40,131 nucleotides of DNA from IMG/VR virus record IMGVR_UViG_3300037608_000038, positions 1 through 40,131 of that record; one strand, given 5' to 3'. The stretch comes from a virus. Taxonomy: Duplodnaviria; Caudoviricetes. Below the pieces are notes generated by a model that was given only the letters and a program-made list of their open reading frames with translations, searched no databases and was not told where the DNA came from. This document shows positions 35,793-40,131 of this stretch, in pieces (position 1 is the stretch's first letter; every line of letters begins with the position of its first letter). Both the position numbers and the translations under genes were made by a program.

Positions 35793-36281
35793 TCACCCCC
35801 TCCATCTAACCAAAACCTGCCGTCTGCCCCAGCTTAAAGCGATGTCCCTTGTCTCTACACAAATGTCAATCCTCTGTCCCTTAATAGACCCCCCAACATC
35901 TTCGGCAATATAGAATTTTCCCTGTATATATACTCGCGTGCCTAAAGGTATCACCTTAGGATCTACTGCAATCGTCCTGCCTGCTGTCGGTACCGTGCCC
36001 GTTGCTGTGCTATAGGGGTTTCCATCGTGGCACATCCCCTTTACCGCCGCAGGGTCTAACGGGGCGTATGCCGTAGCCTCAAATTCTCCGAAGCTCCACT
36101 GCCGGGTAAAGGTGTCTATATCCTCCTGCAGACTCTTTATCTCCTGCCGTAGTTCGATTATCGCTTTGCCATTTTGCTCTACAGCCCTTCTGTGAGTAAT
36201 AGTATGCTGCGTGTTATATAACAGCAAAATAGTCAGGAGTATTAAAACTATTGAGAGTAATGTACGCTCTATTTTATCCAT
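35793..36281 (-). CDS. Membrane-anchored 3D-domain protein
   Basis: N-terminal TM; FEATAY...TATG...IAVDPKVIPLGT...AEDVGGSIKG.RIDI. Confidence 0.9.
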   Translation of the reverse strand: MDKIERTLLSIVLILLTILLLYNTQHTITHRRAVEQNGKAIIELRQEIKSLQEDIDTFTRQWSFGEFEATAYAPLDPAAVKGMCHDGNPYSTATGTVPTAGRTIAVDPKVIPLGTRVYIQGKFYIAEDVGGSIKGQRIDICVETRDIALSWGRRQVLVRWRG

Positions 36282-36326
36282 GTATCATCTCATCCCTCCT
36301 TCTATCCCCCCCTATGGGGGAGTGTG

Positions 36327-36575
36327 TTAAACTATAACAACCCGTGATTGCTTACAAAACTCGCCAAACGGTATATCGTAAGCATCATGGAAATTTAGCC
36401 ACGCTTCATATCTTGCCGATCCACGACTATCGGACTTCACACGCACATCAAAATCCCAAATTAGCACCCGGAACCATTTAACAGGGTTTTTGCCTATATA
36501 TCCGCGCTGAGGGATGCTGTACATTCTTCTCTCTCCTTCCTCTCTGTAGGGATACCCCAGGGGGTTATCCTCCAA
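36327..36575 (-). CDS. Hypothetical protein (start uncertain)
   Basis: ORF in the early operon. Confidence 0.5.
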   Translation of the reverse strand: MEDNPLGYPYREEGERRMYSIPQRGYIGKNPVKWFRVLIWDFDVRVKSDSRGSARYEAWLNFHDAYDIPFGEFCKQSRVVIV

Positions 36576-36723
36576 ATGCCTTTTCTAATTCATTATTATT
36601 TACACTTCCATCATCATTAACAAATTTGCAATCTTCCTGTGTGCGGAAACATTCTGATTCAGTCAATCCGCAATAATTCCATTGATGACCCACTTTATAA
36701 AAGGAGCAATTGTAGCACTTCAT
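36565..36723 (-). CDS. Small Cys-rich protein (52 aa)
   Basis: Read manually: MKCYNCSFY...CGL...C; GGAGGGAG RBS. Confidence 0.55.
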   Translation of the reverse strand: MKCYNCSFYKVGHQWNYCGLTESECFRTQEDCKFVNDDGSVNNNELEKAFGG

Positions 36724-37052
36724 AAATACTCCCTCCATCTATGGCCATGAGCCTTGATTAAATCCACCACGAGGCCGCGTCGTTCCCGGCTCCAGCACAT
36801 GCACCATTCCCTTATTTCCCTCTCTGTCTGTGCTCTAAAATGGCATCTTTGGCAGAGAGTTATGAGATTTTCTATAGTATGTATTCTCCTCCTTCCCATA
36901 CCGGCTCCGTAAGCGATATGATGCCTTTCTGTGCCCTTCATTCCGCACCTTTGGCACATGCGCTTGTCCCGTTCGTCTACTGCGGCTATGAGGGCTTTAG
37001 GGATGCCTAGAGGGGGTCTCTTTGGTTTGTGTTTCGGCTTGAATATTTGCAT
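36720..37052 (-). CDS. HNH endonuclease
   Basis: RD...CQRCG....HHI...ENLITLCQRCH; start coupled to the ERF stop. Confidence 0.85.
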   Translation of the reverse strand: MQIFKPKHKPKRPPLGIPKALIAAVDERDKRMCQRCGMKGTERHHIAYGAGMGRRRIHTIENLITLCQRCHFRAQTEREIREWCMCWSRERRGLVVDLIKAHGHRWREYL

Positions 37053-37804
37053 CAGATTATCTTCTTGTTTTTGGCTTGACAGTCTCTGCATAATGGCTTC
37101 CCGTAATATTTTTCGCTGTATACTTTTATGGCCGTGGTAATTGTTTGCCCGCATGAGCATTTAGGCATTGGCTCTTCTGCCAACTTTTTATCAAACTCTC
37201 TGCTGGCCTTTTCGTCATAAGGTACTTCGTGAAACCCAGGCGGCATATCACTCTTGCTAAATAATGGTTCTGTGGATTCGCTAGAGGGCGCAGGAGCGGA
37301 CGGGGATTGTACTGGCGGCTGCTGTGCCTGTTTGGGCTTGTCCTCGTGTTTTTCTTGAAAAGAATCGGGGTCATCTTTATCAGTGGCAATATTGAGAGAT
37401 TTAAGCAGGAAGTATTTTTCTCCGTATGTAAGGGCTTTACCAACTCCTTTTTCTCCGGCTATATCCACACCCTGACAGTACCAAGTGATCTGTATTTTTT
37501 CCTCTGGGTTGTCAACATTAACCCATGTCATGGTCATATCCAATTCGGTGAAGTATGTTGTGGTGCGCTTAATAACTCGGCCATCTTTGTCGTAGTATTC
37601 CTGGGTTTGGTCTGATACTTTATGGCCTGTTATTGCAGGGATTAAGAGCAGTCCCAGCTCATCCATTTTGACCCTGACGTTAGCTAATACCTGACTGCTT
37701 GAGACATATTTGTATTGGTTGCCATCGTTTTCTTTTTGCAGATAAGGAACCCATTTTCTTACCTCAACCAATTTTTGATAAATGTTTAACATTCGTTTCG
37801 GCAA
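37052..37804 (-). CDS. ERF-family single-strand annealing protein
   Basis: IYQKL......LQK...YKY...G.D..EKGVGKALTY..KY.L......T..DDPD; C-terminal Zn finger. Confidence 0.85.
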   Translation of the reverse strand: MPKRMLNIYQKLVEVRKWVPYLQKENDGNQYKYVSSSQVLANVRVKMDELGLLLIPAITGHKVSDQTQEYYDKDGRVIKRTTTYFTELDMTMTWVNVDNPEEKIQITWYCQGVDIAGEKGVGKALTYGEKYFLLKSLNIATDKDDPDSFQEKHEDKPKQAQQPPVQSPSAPAPSSESTEPLFSKSDMPPGFHEVPYDEKASREFDKKLAEEPMPKCSCGQTITTAIKVYSEKYYGKPLCRDCQAKNKKII

Positions 37805-38117
37805 GAAGTCTCCTGCCTCTAAGCTGCCTAACTCACGCTAGTGAGAGCGTAGGCGGGAGATGAATTGCCTTCACCTCCTTTTAAGTTTTTGTGTTATAAT
37901 TGCCTTAAGGCACTCCGCATTGCGGAGAAATGGTTTGCACCTTGAAAACAGAAGATATGGGGTTGTGCGAAGGAACCGTTTCGCGCGTAAAAGCTTCTGC
38001 GTTGGTCAGCACAAAGCAACTTCGCTGCTCGAAAGAGCAGGGCTGCAGTCAACCAGCCTATTGTAGCTCCATAAGGAAGCTACAAGCCCCCGCCTCTACA
38101 GGCGGTGGGTGGTTGAC
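37800..38117 (+). mobile_element. Non-autonomous IS200/IS605 element (PATE-like) with putative TnpB omegaRNA
   Basis: Left end 37800-37869, TGnTATAAT at 37892-37900, structured interior, RAAVNQPIV TnpB-like C-terminal relic, right end CAAG...TGAC. Confidence 0.75.
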
Positions 38118-38127
38118 TCTCAAACTT

Positions 38128-38613
38128 TTACCTTACTCTCAAACTTTTACCTTGTGTCAATTTTGCCCACTCCACTTCATTCCCAGCTTTAAGATGTTCG
38201 GAAATCTTCTTTTTATCAGGTATATATTGCTCCGGAACAATAGTTATAAATGCCCCTGGCACCTCTCCTGTAATCTCTACTGCTGGGGGATTGTTTTGCA
38301 ATGATACTGTAAATACTCCTGCCTTTACCTTATCGATGCCCATTCTTTCAAGCTCCTGGGTCATGTAATTCTTAAGCCAATTTTGTTTATTTTCCAGAGC
38401 CCTGCGCCTATCCGCTAATCTTTTTTCTTCGCCCTTAAATGCGGCTACTTCGGTTTCCAGTCCTTTCACGATGATCGCGCTATTCTGCATTTTGACCTCT
38501 ATTTGCCCCTCGATTTGCTGTAGAGCTGATTCCAGCACGGTCAAATCCATTGTTTCGTCATCTACGAGATTCCATATGTTTTCATAGGCTGCCGTGAGTT
38601 TATACAGTTGCAT
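38128..38613 (-). CDS. Siphovirus Gp157-family protein
   Basis: M.LY.L...K.EE.RL..RR..LEN....LK.Y...PDKKKI...LKAG.EV..A.L....SLR. Confidence 0.9.
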   Translation of the reverse strand: MQLYKLTAAYENIWNLVDDETMDLTVLESALQQIEGQIEVKMQNSAIIVKGLETEVAAFKGEEKRLADRRRALENKQNWLKNYMTQELERMGIDKVKAGVFTVSLQNNPPAVEITGEVPGAFITIVPEQYIPDKKKISEHLKAGNEVEWAKLTQGKSLRVR

Positions 38614-38616
38614 TTT

Positions 38617-38880
38617 CTATCTCCTCCTCATTGGATACATAATCCATAATGCAGTCTCAAATATCGTTAACCTCTGCCAATCCTCGCAACCTTGCATATT
38701 GTCTATACCTTGATGCGGATCGAACATCGGCACCTCTCTGAATATTTCTATTGTGCAGTTCACCTTTTCGCCACCTGCGTTTTTCATGAATTGGCAGGTT
38801 TGGCATGTGCCTTTTTCTGCAGGCGGTTTAGCTTTGGAGTATTCAAAGGGGCCTGGGCATGAGAATCTATCTAGGTGCAT
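38617..38880 (-). CDS. Hypothetical Cys-rich protein
   Basis: CQTCQF...C...C.DW. Confidence 0.6.
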   Translation of the reverse strand: MHLDRFSCPGPFEYSKAKPPAEKGTCQTCQFMKNAGGEKVNCTIEIFREVPMFDPHQGIDNMQGCEDWQRLTIFETALWIMYPMRRR

Positions 38881-39314
38881 TTATATCCCTCCCATCGGCG
38901 ACCAAAATATTGAATCAGCATAACTTTCAGCCGCTGTACTTGAGCATGCCTGGCGGCATCCTCGGCGGCAGACTCGGCGGCATACAAAGCCTCGTCGTCT
39001 GCTGTTTCGCCGCGTAACCATTCGCGCTTAGCTGCTATAGCCGCCCAGCTCCGCGGATCCGGCTCCCTGCCTCTTTTGCGCTGTTCCGAAAGCGCCCCTT
39101 CGGCACACCAGCATGCAAATTCGTGCAGCATGGGAGCGTCAATCAAGTCCTCGCGCAATACGGCCCACAGCCTGTCTTCGTCAGGTATATCCAGGTCAAG
39201 CATGTCCAAAGCTGTCATTGCCTTACGCCCTGCAAACAGACCCGCGATTACTTCTTCTGTGTACCCCTCGCAAGGATCCCACGATAGCACCTTATTAATT
39301 GTTGCCTTTTTCAT
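38871..39314 (-). CDS. Hypothetical protein (Imm5-like helical family)
   Basis: DRLW...HEFACWCAE.AL...DPRS.AAI.AKR.WL.GE. Confidence 0.55.
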   Translation of the reverse strand: MKKATINKVLSWDPCEGYTEEVIAGLFAGRKAMTALDMLDLDIPDEDRLWAVLREDLIDAPMLHEFACWCAEGALSEQRKRGREPDPRSWAAIAAKREWLRGETADDEALYAAESAAEDAARHAQVQRLKVMLIQYFGRRWEGYKCT

Positions 39315-39510
39315 AAACCTTCCTCCTCCGCACTACGCAGTAAAGATCATCGGTCAACCAGGCTGATAGTCGCACTACATCCCCATCAAACTCTACAGGC
39401 TGGCAGTCAAAGTCGAACATTACAAGTACTTTGCCGTTTTTATGATCCAGGTATCGCCCATATCCGCAAGGAGTATGGACTATATCTCCTATATAGGTGT
39501 AGTCGTACAT
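39295..39510 (-). CDS. Hypothetical protein
   Basis: GGAGGTG RBS. Confidence 0.6.
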   Translation of the reverse strand: MYDYTYIGDIVHTPCGYGRYLDHKNGKVLVMFDFDCQPVEFDGDVVRLSAWLTDDLYCVVRRRKVYEKGNN

Positions 39511-39517
39511 AATCGCA

Positions 39518-39542
39518 CCTCCTCTCTATATAGCTTATGGCT
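39518..39542. repeat. 25-bp direct repeat (second copy at 40013-40037 = 9-33) flanking the pentapeptide gene
   Basis: cctcctctctatatagcttatggct, identical in both copies and containing the RBS. Confidence 0.9.
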
Positions 39543-39545
39543 TTC

Positions 39546-40004
39546 CTAAATAAGACTTTTTATGTATTGGATAACCCCCATATATTCCTTAAGGTATCGC
39601 TGATTATTGGTGTGTGTTTCATTGACCGCTTTTTCAAAATCAGACAAAGATCCCTTAAAACATCCGCACCATACATGATCATCATCAAAGCAATAGGTAG
39701 TACTACCCTTCCTGCTTCCAATGCATGAAATGACGATGTATCTTTTGTCTGTTTTAGCACCACATAGGTTAGCACCACATAGGTTAGCACCACGCAGGTT
39801 AGCATCACGCAGGTTAGCACCACACAGGTTAGCACCACACAGGTTAGCACCACACAGGTTAGCACCACGCAGGTTAGCACCACGCAGGTTAGCACCACAC
39901 AGGTTAGCACCACACAGGTTAGCACCACACAGGTTAGCACGTTCGCCGCCTTCCTCGTTATTAAGCCACTTCTCATGCAGTTTTAAAACCTTTTGGATAT
40001 CCAT
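39546..40004 (-). CDS. Pentapeptide-repeat protein
   Basis: About 12 ANL(C/R)G repeats; typical LKLHEKWL...GGERA N-terminus and IGSR...[18 protein letters not shown]-terminus. Confidence 0.9.
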   Translation of the reverse strand: MDIQKVLKLHEKWLNNEEGGERANLCGANLCGANLCGANLRGANLRGANLCGANLCGANLCGANLRDANLRGANLCGANLCGAKTDKRYIVISCIGSRKGSTTYCFDDDHVWCGCFKGSLSDFEKAVNETHTNNQRYLKEYMGVIQYIKSLI

Positions 40005-40131
40005 TCCTCGCTCCTCCTCTCTATATAGCTTATGGCTGGTTATTAGTTGGCTTTAATTAGCTAAATCTTTGGAATGTTCATAATGCCCTCTTGTCAACCA
40101 GGCTTTTACAAGCCCCCACCTCTACAGGTGG

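Noticed and set aside
39754-39940. 15-nt tandem repeats as a CRISPR array or as alternative ORFs (VVLTC and RLAPH frames)
   Set aside because: No spacers; fully explained by the ANLxG pentapeptide coding frame
40005-40131. 127-bp terminal repeat as a biological DTR
   Set aside because: The length equals a common assembly k-mer and the repeat ends inside an IS hairpin; best explained as circular overlap
1-40131. cas genes, tRNAs, reverse transcriptase, alternative genetic code
   Set aside because: None recognised; core genes are intact in the standard code

Overview
The window is a complete, circularly closed temperate phage genome of about 40,004 bp. The first 127 nt repeat exactly at 40005-40131, most likely an assembly overlap. 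SigA-type promoters, AGGAGG RBSs and copper-amine-oxidase-like 'stalk' domains on the lysis proteins suggest a Bacillota host, probably Clostridia (inference). Modules are: a lysogeny switch (XRE repressor, Cro-like protein, three 17-bp operators, large serine integrase, intact attP-like site); early genes (Gp157, ERF, HNH, replication initiator with iterons, DnaB helicase, PAPS-reductase-family protein, NinB-like, ArpU/RinA-like late activator); a podovirus-type virion module (TerS, TerL, portal, scaffold, MCP, nozzle, ejection proteins, no tape measure); and lysis. Five signals stand out. (1) A convergent moron membrane protein carries a 54/56-nt identical, in-frame, inverted copy of the N-terminal KxPSWET motif region of the 1133-aa ejection protein. 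This suggests a decoy for superinfection exclusion or an invertible in-frame swap. (2) Four type I-C CRISPR repeat-like units lie at three loci with no cas genes, each downstream of a promoter: two solitary repeats and a mini-array with a 15-nt spacer. They are candidate RNA anti-CRISPRs and sit near an Acr/Aca-like operon or a Tad1-like sponge gene. (3) The genome is scattered with IS200/IS605 relics, including an ORF-less element that may keep a TnpB omegaRNA, fused left/right end scars and a TnpB fragment, several of them abutting the CRISPR repeats. (4) The tail nozzle has a nested out-and-back stalk with a LamG tip. (5) A small ORF is enclosed by complementary transcript ends. All product calls come from motif recognition by eye; no database searches were run.
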